A stretch of 63,513 nt of DNA, the filler included, from Bigelowiella natans CCMP2755 (lineage: Eukaryota; Protista; Cercozoa), in assembly GCA_000320545.1 (NCBI GenBank). It is 7 parts of 7 records of this genome, joined end to end, with 100 filler letters (N's around TTAATTAATTAA, not from the genome) between each part and the next. Parts side by side here need not be neighbours in the genome. Positions count along the whole stretch, not along the records: positions 35,296 to 57,654 come from ADNK01000360.1; 6 more parts are not named here. The stretch is one strand, 5' to 3'. Shown here one piece after another: positions 39,981 to 57,045 of the stretch. Every line of letters begins with the position of its first letter. Within the stretch, counting starts at the first letter, position 1. A program made the translations under genes and the position numbers. The notes beneath the pieces are model-generated. The model did not search any database. It was given only the letters and a program-made list of their open reading frames with translations, and was not told where the DNA came from.

Positions 39981-41300
39981 TCAAGGTTTTTCATCCTCCG
40001 TATACTGCTTTCTGATGACAGGGATTTCCCTCCGGTTCATTCCCACGCGATAAAGCAGAAAACTAGCCAGTGCGACAAGGAGGGTGACAAAAAGCGCTAC
40101 AAGGCTTTCTTGTTGCTGCTTTAAAAACTTAAACGTGACATCAGCATACCAATTTTGAGCTGGAGGTGATTGCCATGACATGAAATTCGGAATAGAAAAC
40201 CTGTCCCCCAGAAACGTACTAGAACTAGAGGTGCAGAGTTGTAATCTTTCAAAGAAAAAATCCTGGGCCATTGCCAACCCGCCTGCTGCCATTTCTGACA
40301 CTTTGTAAATTGAATCGAAATTAAAAGCCACTCTTTTCGCTACCAGGGAGGAAATATACTTCGTTGACTGCTCGCTTCTAAACACCTGAGACATAGAAAT
40401 ATATGAATATACCGTTTCACTATCATATCTGTGAGATTAATGAAGTAACCGAAATAGCGGAAGGCAGGAGGATTGGAATAGTGATAATCGTCGAAAGAAC
40501 CATGATTAGGATCATCCCAGAATAAAATGCACATTTTAATCGAGCATAATATGCCTAAGAATCAAACACGCATTTATATATAAATGTACACATCCGAATA
40601 GATTTGTATACTTTTGTGTGGATGTGTTGTGTATGTATATCAACTACATAAAAACTGTACGATGGCAACGCTCGCGCAGGAATATGTTAAGTGTGCCTGC
40701 ATGTCTGGTGATAACTACTGTTTGCATATCGCATTCACCGTCAATGCTTCGGGTATTTTCTTCATTGCCATATCCTTCGAGTCATCGCAGTCACTCGATC
40801 CCAGCATCAAGCGAACATTGGCCATATCGATTTGGACAGGATCCTTGCCGTTTCGCGAGGATATCAACGCACTATAATTCACCGTCGCCACCAATTTATC
40901 TATGTGCCCGGCCTGTATCAACTCCAGTCAACGGTAGGCATCTATGAAAATTGGCTATTCGCTAGTATCACCTTGATATTCGCTGGGAGATCGTTTGAAA
41001 GTTCCTTTAAGAAGGATTTCTTGAAAGTCAAATCTTCAACCTATGAGGTAAAAGATGCAGCAGCTGAGAATGCGAAATATCGATTTATGCACAGTCGATG
41101 GGTTCTACCTCTATCTTCCCTTGCATTGTGCTTACTTTGGGTCCCGAGAATCTAAAGGGGATGTGATGTCTTCATGTAATCGATCAATGGTGTATCGGTC
41201 TTGTTCGGAGATAGAGAAACGCACCCTGGCTCAAAATGCTCAAGAAGAATGGGCTTGGCCAGACGATTGAGGATGAATCCTGCCATGGTCCTGTTTCAAG
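39981..41300 (-). CDS. Multi-exon hypothetical protein with C-terminal transmembrane anchor
   Basis: Open non-repetitive exons (CILFWDDPNHGSFDDYHYSNPPAFRYFG; VFRSEQSTKY...LVALFVTLLVALASFLLY-RVGMNRR) ending at stop 39981; 5' end approximate. Confidence 0.45.
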
Positions 41301-42077
41301 GCAACAAAAAAGGCGGAGCACGGATATCTCACCACGGAATTGATCAGTTATGCCCCCTAACCTGCCTCACCCCCCGCGATGTGTCATCACATGCCACAAA
41401 ACCTAAATTCAGATGCAACCACCAGCTACCGTGTACGAAGACTCCCGCTTTGCTCCTAGTGGCGCGTGGTCGTCAACCGAAGCGGCGGCGGCGGCGGCGG
41501 CGGCTGCGGCGGCAGGTTACCGCCCTCAGGGCAGGCGCATGTCAGGGAGTTGTTCCCTTCGAGTTCCTAGCTCCCGGTCGGTTCGAGAAGACATCAACGA
41601 CGCTCGGATGGGTAGACCGAGAGAATGGTACGCGCTGTAGGTTAGAACCCGCACAAAAAAATGCCTAAATTTGAGGGGAAATCTGTATCGGGATCCCCGT
41701 GATAATGTATAAGCGTCCTCTATTTTGACATAATAGACTTGACTATCGGCCTGACAACCCGAAATCCCCCTTGACGGAGAGTTACGAAGTAACGGCGTCG
41801 TTTCCATGTGCCGAGAACGCGACAATACGACGATTTTTACCGAAAATGCGATGATCTCCTAATTTATGCCACTAATATCCTGCATTTACTCTTTTCTAGT
41901 TCGACAACAGTTTTCAAGGTGGATTTTGGGGCTCTCGAAAGAGGTACAGTATAAAATGGAGTGTGAACCTTCATAGCGACAAAATGATTTTGCCGATTCT
42001 GTGAAATTATGAGCGGAAACGAGGTCTTCTAATTTTGCGCATGCTCGAGATATATTTGACATAAATTCTGCTGCAGG

Positions 42078-42445
42078 ATGCGCGCCCTTGCCCCCTCCTC
42101 CCTCTTTGTCTTCCTGCTACTCGGTATTAGTTGTTTGAAAATCTATTATCTTTCGTCATCGCGATTAGACGATAGTGACACTTTGAACACGGTTTTTCTG
42201 CAGCAACTTCGGCTCTGTCGAGGCCGATTGCACGCCATATGGTGGTGGAAATCACACCAGCCACAGGTATTGTAAAGATGGCCCAAAACCTCTCACACAC
42301 ATGCATATTTATGCCCTCTTGTGGAATGAGGAGTTATAAATTTGTGTTGGTGTGCGTGTGTGTGTGTACGTGGGGTTGTGGATGGTTCATGATTAGAGAG
42401 AGAGAGAGAGAGAGAGAGGTCACATGCTATTTAAGGGATACAAAA

Positions 42446-42489
<44 letters not shown>

Positions 42490-43511
42490 TTGCAGCCAGA
42501 TGCAATACCTGTTGAGATAAAACTTACAGAATCATAATATTACGTCGGGCTTTCGTGTCTTTCAATTCGTTGTACGTACATAATTACTCATTTGATCCTC
42601 CTCTAGAGCTCTTGAAAGATTACTTCCAAATTTCTCCTTCTAAATCGTTCAAATTGATATTATAGACAAGTTGATCCGCTTGGATGCATTCCCACTCACC
42701 GGACCATACAACTGTACAATCACTGTCGGCCCCTCTGTTGGATCTCTCTACCAGCTTTCGGACAACTACATGAACGTATGTGCACCTGTGCAGGGTTTTT
42801 ATGCCTATTTATCTTGTGTAGATGATATCGCGCGTATGATCTTTACTTTATCATTATTTTTTTGCTAGTTTCTCTACACACCTTGGAAGGGCTTGCCGGT
42901 ATCGGCTCCTCAAGACGTGAGGGTGGGAACTAACTGCACCATCGTCTACAATGCGCCCCTCGACTTCTCCACGACGCGATTTAAGTACACAGGTTAGCTT
43001 ACTCCCGCCATCAACTGCATGGCATGATAAGAGAAAGTTCGCCAGATTTTCTTCCAGAACTTATAGCTCGCATTTCTCTTCTTTAGTGAATACGGGATCC
43101 GGTGCGTCGCAAATGTCTTCCACAGGTACGCTGCTCACCGTATGAGGATACAGTCCAAAAGTTTTTATCCTCTTCCATCCCGCATCTAATGTTTTTCATT
43201 CCATAAATTTTGTAGGGATCGTCGATCTGCTGAATGCAGACCGAATTCTGACTTACAACAACTTTACGTTTAATGACGAGAACTGGAAGGTAGCCGGCAA
43301 AAGGGGAGGGGGCATGTATAGGATACCGTGTTTTTTCTGCTTCGTTTTTCGAGCATAATTTCAGAATACTCCTCCTTCTAAGCATGAATGTCAATGTTTG
43401 CTGTCTACTACGTTCACAGGTGCAGACTGCTGTCACTAAGAATGTTTGCTGGTAAACAAAAATTATCTGCCGTCTTCACACTCCCCCACCGCGTTCATAC
43501 ACAACACACAT

Positions 43512-43570
<59 letters not shown>

Positions 43571-44808
43571 ACAAAATCTCTTTCGGCGAGACTTGCTCTT
43601 TTGCCGAATAGAATGCATGAAACTTTTTCGAGCCATCGCTCTCTGTCTAATCCAACAATCCATATCAACCACTGCATAGGTCTTCAACTGCGATCACAGG
43701 CAACCTTAACCACTACATTTACAACTGTAACATGGAAAAAACCCTGATGGAAAAGAACAAAGTCGACTGGTATGTAAGCACAATCCGCACGTAACAGGGG
43801 CCTCGAGACATTCGCAAATGAATCGGCCCTCCCAAACGCAAACACAAACAGCATAGTGTGTGTACGTGGGGGGGAAGGGGGGGGGATAGGGTGAGTTTTA
43901 TGAATCAATACGTTTCGGGCCTGATGGTAGTTTGCACGCTGGTTTGGTTTCTTCTACTTATAGGTACTTCAAGCCACCAACCTCCATCTACGACAACTGG
44001 GCCAACGCTTTCAACGGAACAGTGGAATTCGATCTTGCGGGATTTGAGGTGCTTACTACCAAACAACTCAGAGTCCCGTTCAATGCAACGAGTTTTCATA
44101 TTTGCCAGTCGTGAAAGTGCATCCTATTAGCGGCGTGCGTGCGCGTGCGCGTGTGCTTAAGAAGGCGCGAGCGTGCTGAACCTTGTCGGCTCTCCTCCGT
44201 TTCATTGCCAAAGATTCCTTTGATCTCAGTGTAAATGTGCATGTAGGGATACTTCACCAAAGACAAGCTTTTTAAAACACCCCGCACCTTCATCTACCTC
44301 GGCTGCAGCACCTGTAGCGGCGGTGTTGGTCGATACATTGCCCAGCGGAATATCACATTCGACGGCTCCGCCACCCACTTCAAGTTCAGGCTCAACGCGG
44401 ACCCTTACAATGGATGGAGACGGTGAGAGGCTAACTCTGTCTATCAAGCGATAATGGGGGTTGGGGGAAGTAGCAGGGGGGGGAGGAAGGTATCGATGTG
44501 ATATGAGGAGATCAGGAGAGTAACGTAAAAAGAGAGGAGGTCCTTTTTCCTTTTCCTGCAACCAAAAACGTGGTAAAGACGGGTTAAGTCAATAAAATCG
44601 CGTGGCTCTGTTCCTTTCTCGTTGCTTCTGCTCCGCTGACGCCGTCCACCGTGGTTAACATGTGATTTTGTTCAGGGACCCCTTCGACGTAGAAAGAACC
44701 GAGTGGCCTCTGACGTCCAACTGTGAGATCGTGCAAATCCTCTCCGGATTGGACACCATCAAGATCTACGGTGACGTCAGCGACAGCGAAGAGGTTCTAG
44801 AAGAGATA

Positions 44809-44888
<80 letters not shown>

Positions 44889-44970
44889 GCATACACACAC
44901 ACTAACTATGTTGTTTCTCTGAGCGGGATGACCCTGAGGAACTCCAATATATGTACATATATCATATCAT

Positions 44971-45005
<35 letters not shown>

Positions 45006-45164
45006 TAATCGTCTTTGCGATGCCGCCCTAAATCTTTCTCTTCGCGATTACTAATTCAGATACTTGGAATTGACGATTTCTTGCTCACTGCCGGGCCAAA
45101 GAGCACCTACATCCTCAACCAATGCTACACGGATGCTTCCTATCAGCCTGACGTTGCTCCCTAG
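42078..45164 (+). CDS. Secreted laminin domain IV (laminin B)-like protein, many exons
   Basis: Signal peptide MRALAPSSLFVFLLL; spliced W-YFKPPTSIYDNWANAFNGTVEFDL, HFKFRLNADPYNGW, EIVQILSGLDTIKIYGD..EE-ILGIDDFLL. This matches the laminin IV pattern (WYF.AP..f.G....YgG.l.f; L..l..l.I.g; lDnv.l). Stop at 45162-45164. Confidence 0.65.
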
Positions 45165-46749
45165 ATAGGGAGTAATGGAAGAATGGGATGAGAAGAAAGA
45201 AGCTGCTGCCCTGATTACTGCACCGTTGAGCAGTAACAGTAGTAGTCCGCAGCTGCACAAGGAAAGCGATAAGGAGGAAGGAGAGACGCTCCGTTGTTGG
45301 CATCGTTGTAGCCGTTTTTACAATTTTTTTAACGTATCTTCCACTCCTTTCTCATCGTCGCTCCGAAGTTCTCACTCCCTGGCATCTACTGCGATTAAAA
45401 TACTCAAATCCCCTCCTACGACGCCCTAATTTGACCAAGCGGAGAACAGTACATTTACCTTATGTTCTCTTTGCTTTCCACCCGCCCCTCCATCACCGAC
45501 CACATCACCAAGCTTCTTTTCCCCACATCTCGAAGGGCGTCCGTAGCAATGATATATGCACAATATGTGTACACAATACTCCGTTTTGCTGTTACTATCA
45601 CTGATACACCTCACCATGCACACCACAACTACTGTCGGCTCTTCATCGGCTGCACGCCCCTCGTCTCGACGCTTTTATATCCTCCTTCCATTTTGTAACT
45701 TTTGCGAATATCCGCGTTCGGGGTGGGGTGTAACATGGGTGCGACTCCGGTAGAGAATGACCTCTCATGTGATGACTTCTCTGCGTACATATATATATAT
45801 ATATATATAATATATATATATGTGCGATTTTTCCTTCGCTGAGAAGATCCACGTGTGACGAGTCACGTCGAGTCTGTCTGTGCTAGCTACTGCTGAGTGT
45901 ACGCCTGCTGCTCGATGTAGAGATAGCATAAAAAAAACAAAAGATTTAATTCCATGAAAATGATGTGCATGTGGAGTGCAGTCTAATGAGTCTCAATGCA
46001 ATGCACGCAAAGGCAATTAGTGTCTGTGGAAACTTGTTTAGTTTGCGGCTACACACAGCTCAAGCTATATATTTGAAGCTGTTTGTGGATATAAGGCGCG
46101 CTACAGCGCTAGCCAGCGCACACTACTCATTACGTTGTACTATTTCATGCATGTGATTCAGACTAGCAAACACGTCGCCGCTATTTTGCATAGCTACATT
46201 AGGATGGCCATTGAAAACATTTCAATTATTACTTCATTGCGTTCGTATAATATTCGTCTCACGTACGTCGCCTGCATGGATCGAAAAGAAAGCAACTTCA
46301 GCTTTGGCGATCCCCGAGGCCGGTTATGGTCGATCGATCATCACTTGCGTTTTACACCTTGCCATTCACGTTGATCAAAGCGAACAGCGGTCGCCTATAG
46401 TCCCTATACGCCCACGTACAAATATCATGAATGTTTTTTCAAATTTGAGGCTTTAAGTTGCTCAGTGCAATAACGACAAACACACATCATAGCTGGAGCA
46501 AGAATGACACTTTACTATCAACAATATTACTTTCAATTATCGGAGAATTTTGCTGTGTTGCATTCCCTGAAATATCTGTCTTTAAACTTCAAGTTGATGA
46601 GATTCTGCGCGTGAAACATCACAACCCAACATGTTGTGAAGGAAGCTAGAGCTTTATTGTTCATAATGATGATCGATGTCACGTCGGGACTGAAAAGGTT
46701 CCTTCAACTACGCAGATCCGTAAGAATATCGAAGTATGGAAGTCTTATA

Positions 46750-48458
46750 CGATTCCATCATGAGACGATCAATCCGATCCTAGAGAGGATTTTGCAGCGC
46801 TACGTTCACCCGGTCTCTTTGTCGTTTCGTTTTTTCCCATCCATTGCAGCACGCATTCTGGCAGCAAACCTTGCTGGAACTTTAGTTTTTTTTTTAGTTC
46901 GTCGTTTTGCTGGTGCTTTCTCTTCCTTTGTGGCCTGGAAAAATTCATGGTATAAATTTCTGGAAGATGCACTTATGGTCATTTAATACTTCTCTCTTTG
47001 GAGGCAATTTCAGACATCCCCAGTATTTCTTCTGGATTTCGATGACGTTAATCAATTCGGTCTCAAATGCGTCTATTCTCTCCTTTCGTAATTGCTCTTC
47101 TTTCTTCGGTTTTGCCAGAAAAGAGGAATTGTCATCGTCACTCTTCAATGGAGGCAATTTGTCCCCAAGTAGAGAAGAAATGCAATGCTTGACGCTCTCA
47201 GATAATGCACGCAAATTGTACCCCCCTTCAAGGGCCATTACAAGTTTTCCTTCATTTAAGGACATCAATTTGCGAGTGAAATGTCCAAACGCATGTGGAG
47301 GCACTAGCATCCCTCCAACGTGGTCACCCTGGAATGTATGCCATTTTTCAGTGCGGAAGAAATACCGTCAATATCTGTAGGTTGTTGTTACCAGCACGCA
47401 GTCGAATCCGGCAGATACGAATATGACGTCCGCAGCAAATTCTCTCGCTACAGGCAGTACCACGAAATCAAAGTATCTGACCCAAAAAGCCCGTGATCAA
47501 ACAAAAGATGAAAGTAATTATGATGCAATGATTTTACCTCTCGTAATCGATGGCGTCCAATTTGGGGCAAGGAAGTGGCATGTTGATAGTAAATCCTTTT
47601 CCATCGCCGCTCCCAACCTCAGAGGGTTTTCCCGTGTATGGGTAGAATTTCCCTTTCTGATGGCGATGGATTGACATGTACAGGACGCTATCGTCTGCCT
47701 CAAACGCCTCCTGAAAAAAGGTGATTAAGATCCGTCTTTCGTCAGTTTGCCATGAGTAGGTCGTCTTCTTCGAACCTGTATTCCATTGCCGTGATGGACA
47801 TCCCAGTCGAGGATGAGTATTTTCTTAACCCGGTCGGGGTATTTCCGCAACAAATGTCTGGCTGCAATGGCTACGTTGTTCAGCAAGCAATATCCCATGC
47901 ACTTGTTGGGTTCTGCGTGGTGACCGGGAGGTCGCACCACGGCAAATGCATTTTGGGACTTTCCTTCCACGACCAGTCTAGCTGCCGTGCACACTCCGCC
48001 TGCAGCTGCTAGTGTAGCTTTTTGGGAGCCCGACGAAACATAGAGATCACCCTCTTTCCATATGACCTATAAACGCAACACAACATCCTAAATCCGTCCA
48101 GGCAACTGTCACTCGGCAAAGGCGCGACCTTTTTTTCCTGCTTTGCTTCAGCACACAGGGACCAAAGCGTCGATAAGTGCTTGTCTGTATGTACTGCGGC
48201 TACACTTGGGTCGTTTGGCGACAAAGGCACTCCCTGAGTATGGGCGCATCTTTCAGAATACCCCTCACTTTCAAGATGCTTCAAAATCGCGTCCAGGCGG
48301 CCAGGGTGCTCAGCGATAGTCTTATCCGGCTAAGTAGTCACACGTTATTACATTCTTTGACACAGGCAAATACCCCCTACCTTGTGATCATGGCAGCATT
48401 GATGATACACGAGGGTGGTCCTCTGTTTTTCTTGGTTCTTGGATTGGTCGACACTCAT
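46750..48458 (-). CDS. Class II histone deacetylase (HDA1/HDAC6-type catalytic domain)
   Basis: Intact motifs [49 protein letters not shown] and LEGGYNL across GT-AG exons. Start (MSVDQSK, 48458) and last exon are approximate. Confidence 0.93.
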
Positions 48459-48630
48459 TGTAGCCTGTTCCCCATCAAATACGATCACTTTTAACAGCCG
48501 TTCGTTAAGTTCATTGGTTTCATGCACTCGTAGAGAACAAGTCGTCTGGTCGACTGCTACCCACCTAGATTTGTGTTCTGTCTTGCGACAATAGTACGGG
48601 CGCTTCCCGTTCCTCCAGCGCTACTTACAG

Positions 48631-48663
<33 letters not shown>

Positions 48664-48998
48664 GGGGAGGGGTGGGTGGGGAGGTGTTGTGTGCAGTTAC
48701 ACAAAATTTGAAAGTGTTTATCTACGAGCGGAGATCGAGATCCAGAAGAACAAGCATTCTCCTTGAAATGCATGCAGCAGAGAAGAAGTTACTATAGAAG
48801 TTTCTGCGTCACGTCATCAGGCGAAATGCCCACGAAACCAGCGGGAGACATCCGTGAAAACGACGAAAACGGCATGTGTTTTTTTCGGAATCGGGCGCTT
48901 TTCACTTTTCACGTGATTTGGGCGAAATTACTGGAAAAAAACCGTAACCGAAACCCCTAATACCACCACATCACCATATCCATCCCCAACAAACCATC

Positions 48999-50235
48999 AT
49001 GATGGAACCCTCCGCGCTCCCCCTCCTCCTCCTCTCGGCTCTTCCAACGATCTCCGGCCACGGCCATCTCACCCTGCCTGCCTCAACTCGACATGGTGGC
49101 TCGATGGAGAAGGGTGGCGACTGCACAAACGGGGCGTGCTACTGGTTCTCTAACAACGTCGAGATCCCAGGGGCTCCGACCCTCCCTCACTCCGCACGCT
49201 CCGTGCAACTTAACGTGACGGGCGGCGAGCGCGATGTGTACAAAACCAGTCCCTGGCGTGCACCAGGTACTGCTCCAGTCTATGGCTCGGGCTGCGGGAG
49301 TGCCGGCGGCGGACCTGTCGCATACCTGAACGGCGGGTGGGCCCCCAAAGGCCAGGGGGTTAAGCAAGGAGACGACGGCCTGGAGCTTCCTGCACATGGA
49401 GATCCCGCTGTATGGCCTCGTGGTTCGGAACAGGAAGTTGGCTGGGCAATTTCTGCGAATCACGGAGGCGGATACTCCTATCGTCTGTGCCCTTCCGATG
49501 GGAATGTCACCGAGGAGTGCTTCCAACGGACTCAGCTCAAGTTTGCCGGAGAAACTTCCTGGATTGCGTTCCCCAACGGAACACGATTTGCCTTCCCGAT
49601 CACCAAAGTCACCAATGGTACATTTCCAATCGGGAGTGAGTGGGCGAGGGACCCCATCCCTGGGTGCTACATGTGCGACGCGTACACGACATGCGGTGCT
49701 CCAATGACACCGGTAGGTTGAGGCAAACTTAAATCGAAAGCGTGAAGGGAGAAAATCATAACTCAGTGCCGAGAACTAGCGAACTATCATTTTTATGGAG
49801 GTCTTCCTTCAGCATTGTCCCATGCTCACCATTTCCCCGAAACTTGAATTTCCAGACAGTTTCTCGAAATATTATCTCCTTGACAGTGCAACGGTCCTCG
49901 CCTCTTTCTTTCACACAGGTTCCGGGATTTATGCCCACTAAATGGAACGATCAGGTTGACTGCTACGCTGCATGTGATGGCACATCGGTACCCAAGACCA
50001 CCGGCGGCGCATGTCCTGAAGGCACTCCGCAGTTCCCGCCTCCTGCACCCGAGTTTTCCGGGTTTGGCAAGAGCGTTTGGGAGTGGAGCGTTATCGACAA
50101 GGTGGTGGTACCCAAGGATCTGAAGCCAGGGGCGTATTTGTTGTCTTGGCGCTGGGACTGCGAGGAAAGTACCCAGGTCATACATACCCAATACTGCATG
50201 TGGCTGCTTTTGCACGTGGATCTTTTTTTCACGCG

Positions 50236-50272
<37 letters not shown>

Positions 50273-50392
50273 TTATCATGCTTGTTCGCTCATCATTTTG
50301 CGACAACCCAGCGCATTAGATCTAGCCAGCTGTGCTTACTATCCATCTATATGCAGGTTTGGCAAAACTGTGCGGACATTGTCATTCAATGA
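48999..50392 (+). CDS. Secreted His-brace lytic polysaccharide monooxygenase-like protein (AA10/AA15-like fold), 335 aa, 3 exons
   Basis: Exons 48999-49712, 49919-50176, 50357-50392. A 20-aa signal peptide is followed by H-G-H-L-T-L-P. Second His in ANHGGGYSYRLCP; C-terminal LSWRWDCEESTQVWQNCADIVI. Confidence 0.85.
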
Positions 50393-50847
50393 CGGCTGCG
50401 TATCGACTTTTTTTGCATGCCACGTCTAGGTATGATGGTGTACAATTTTCACTCATTTTCGATTCTCCCTGCGTTTACAAACTTTCCTGTATCTCTCAAC
50501 TTTCACCAGCTTCGATTCAATACACTGCACCACGAGGGTAACGAGGGATGTCATGTAGCGTTGCATGCGTCTTTTGTTGCACGGTCCTTGCTCTTGCCTG
50601 GCGCTTTGGCGGAAATATATGATGACCACGCTCGCTATACTCTACTTCTTATTGAACGCGGCACGCCTGGCGATACACCATATAATTTATGATCATTTGG
50701 ATGTGCGGCCTCGTCTACGTAAAAAGTAGCAGCATATATCTGTATACTGCAAACTGGCACTGGCCGGGCGCGCTGAGCAATATCACTTATCATATAGCAC
50801 ACTTTGTCAAAAACAGCTCGTAACATATCCGTGCGTGTAGTATCACA

Positions 50848-50885
<38 letters not shown>

Positions 50886-51017
50886 ATATTCTTCACAATC
50901 CAGCTCGCGTAATTGCAATTGCGACTTGCTTGCTTATTACACTGGACATGAGCAGTCAATGTAGCACTTTCCTTCTCGCAATATCTATGTATACCGCAGT
51001 GCATCCTACTATTGCTG

Positions 51018-54357
<3,340 letters not shown>

Positions 54358-54752
54358 CTGATAAATTAAGAAGAAATCCATGCTGCGACTGAATCTAGGA
54401 GTTTCTTGTCGCACATGCGATATTACAGAGGATTTTATATTCCGACTTGATTGATCTTCTGATTTAGGCAACAAACCGCAATCGATCTCAAGGCTGCGAC
54501 AACATGCACCCAAAAGCTGCCTCAAAACTCAGTAGGAGCTTTCTGGAATCCCTTTGAGCACATATTTCCCATTCCTGGAACGGTCGGAGGTGAGTAGTGG
54601 GGCATGTTTTATTGATGCCGTACATAGGCTCGGCAGTCGCGCTCCAGAAATCGTTTTCAGAACCGATCCAAAACCGCGACAATGATGGTGGCCACGCTTC
54701 CTGCGACTTTCCACCATGATCGGAATGAAGCAGCGTATGGAGGTGAGGTGAA

Positions 54753-56346
54753 ATGGAGACTGAAGACGGTGGTTTTCTGATTGGGAAGAAAATAAGCTCA
54801 TACTGGCCACGAATACCTCATAAAAAATGGTATTTTGAGACGATAATGAATTACGACGAACTACTGGGTAGGTCATTCGAGCTCAGAGTGTGTGAACAGA
54901 AGGGGATCGGGAGGGAGGGATATCAAAGGGAATAGAAAGAGGATAAGGCGGAATGGAAAGTGTGAGTTCTGTTGAACCCTTCCAAATAGGTAAACAAGGA
55001 TGGTAGACTCAACGTTCAGCATCTTCGGTCAAAGTGGCTGGCATTTAAGCAGAAAAGAAGCGGCAAAAATCATTGACGGCGGTGAATCTAAGCAGCAGGA
55101 TTACAAGCCTAAAGCTGCAAGTACGAATCGCCTTTTCACAATTGTGCGGTTTCAAAATCGTGTCCTCATTTTATATTTTTGTGAAGCATTTCAACGAAGA
55201 ATAAAAAACCTCTGAACACTCTCCCTCTTCATCTTAGAAATGGCAATCACTTCGATTCTAAGTCGTTTGATATTTTATCCATAGAGCGTGATTGGAATGA
55301 GAATTGGCAATGCAGGGAATGCGAGCACATGTGCGTGGCGCGCTTCCTGGCTTGCAATAAGTGCTTTAAAGGCCGCAGGCCTCGCAGCCTAGACCACGCA
55401 CGTCCAGAGTACACTTATGACGAGACGAGAAACCCTGGTTTTCTCGTGGGAAAAGCTCTCAGGATCTATGAACCTTTGACAAATAAATGGCGAAATGCAG
55501 AATGCCGGAATTTCAACGAGCTCGAAGGCCTTCATCTTCTAGTATTCGCTGCTGATTCAAAGCTTGATCAGGATGCGTTTATCTACCCTCCAAAGGCTAA
55601 TTCCAAGAGTAGCGGGAAAAAGTAAGTTTCAAAAACACCCTTCCTTCGCTTTTTCGATGCCTGCAGCTTGCATGTCAACAAGGACTTGTGTGTGGTACAG
55701 GTGGCTAAGGCTGAAGCAGCGAATCTTCACCGTTTCTCAGCTTGCTAGGTTGCACGAAGAAAGCGACAAGAAAACGTCCAAGAAGTATGTCTGCAACTAC
55801 CCAGGTAGTGCTTTAAATCATCCCGTTTCCTCCTTCGTCCGTGATGACATGTCTCTCCATCGGCGCTGCAGATTACAACTGGTGGAAGAAATGGGATTGC
55901 GATAAGTGCGGGTGTGGCGTTGAGGCCTTGTATCTCCGGTGTAAGAAGTGTTTCAAGGGCCTCAGACCAAGGAGCTTCGATCCAAGTGAAATCTTGGTAA
56001 GCAAGTAGCAGCTACGATGTGGGCAAAAGGGAAGAGATAACAGGAGGCGAAAGTGCCAACTATTGTCACTTTCTCATTTTGCAATAATGAACAACTCGTT
56101 AGTTCCGTTCTGGGGTTGAGATTGTAAACTTAAACTCGATTCTAGACCCTCTCCGGCTGACCATCAGGTGGAGCGATCAGTTGATTTCCCTTGCTGTTCT
56201 CACTCTCATGCCTGTCTCACCCCCCAACAAATGGTGATAACGTGCACAGCTGCAAAGATCTGCTTCAGGGAAAAGGGGTGACGGCTGAAACTTTGTGCAA
56301 GGCAAAAAGCACGGATGAGTTGGGAAAACTGCTATCGGTTTGTTAA
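54753..56346 (+). CDS. Protein with two [Tudor-like + RanBP2-type C4 zinc finger] repeats
   Basis: GFLIGKKISSYWP...KWY..TIMNYD and GFLVGKALRIYEPLTNKWRNAECRNFNELEGLHLLVF are Tudor-like. WQCRECEHMCVARFLACNKCFKGRRPRS and WDCDKCGCGVEALYLRCKKCFKGLRPRS fit W-x-C-x2-C-x10-C-x2-C. Exon 2 frame is uncertain. Confidence 0.6.
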
Positions 56347-57045
56347 GCTAACCGCAACGCACCGCTCATGGCTGATCACATGCTGATGCGTGTGTGTTGA
56401 AACACCAGGAGGTCAACGTGAAGCCGGGCCACATTGCAAAGATGAAGATGTTTCTCTTTCCTGATGACTCAACGGCGACGAAAGCCACCTAACAGCCACA
56501 CTTTGGCTCTTTGGAGATATGTATGGATCGACGACGCCGCAATCAAGATCTTTTGCTTCGGTCTCTTCTCGATCGCATGCGCGGCATCTAGGCATGCATG
56601 CTGTGATGTGTGCATCGTATTGCAGCAGCAGGGGCGTTATAATAAAATAGCCAGCAACGACTTGTGGCTGCTGCTAACAGCAGCAATCTCATTCACGATA
56701 TAGCATCATGCTCTTCAGTAATCTATTGCTTGGTATACCACTGCATTTATTTTTGATAACTTGCGCATATAGTTCTAGAGTTGATCATCTCGATTTACAA
56801 CATGAAGAGGCCAAACACATCTACCGTACTTCAAAGCTTATAATGTTGCCACAGCCAGCAACTTTGACCATACCGCCCGTGTGCGCACGTCACAGCAGTC
56901 AGCGAGCGATGCGCATTGCGTCTCCACATAAATTAGCCGTATTTGTAGATGCGGGCCTGAGATCAATTACACAGCATAGACAGACAACACAAGATCATCA
57001 TTTACTGTAGCACCACTTTCACGGGCTTTAATAAGGTGTTAGTCG

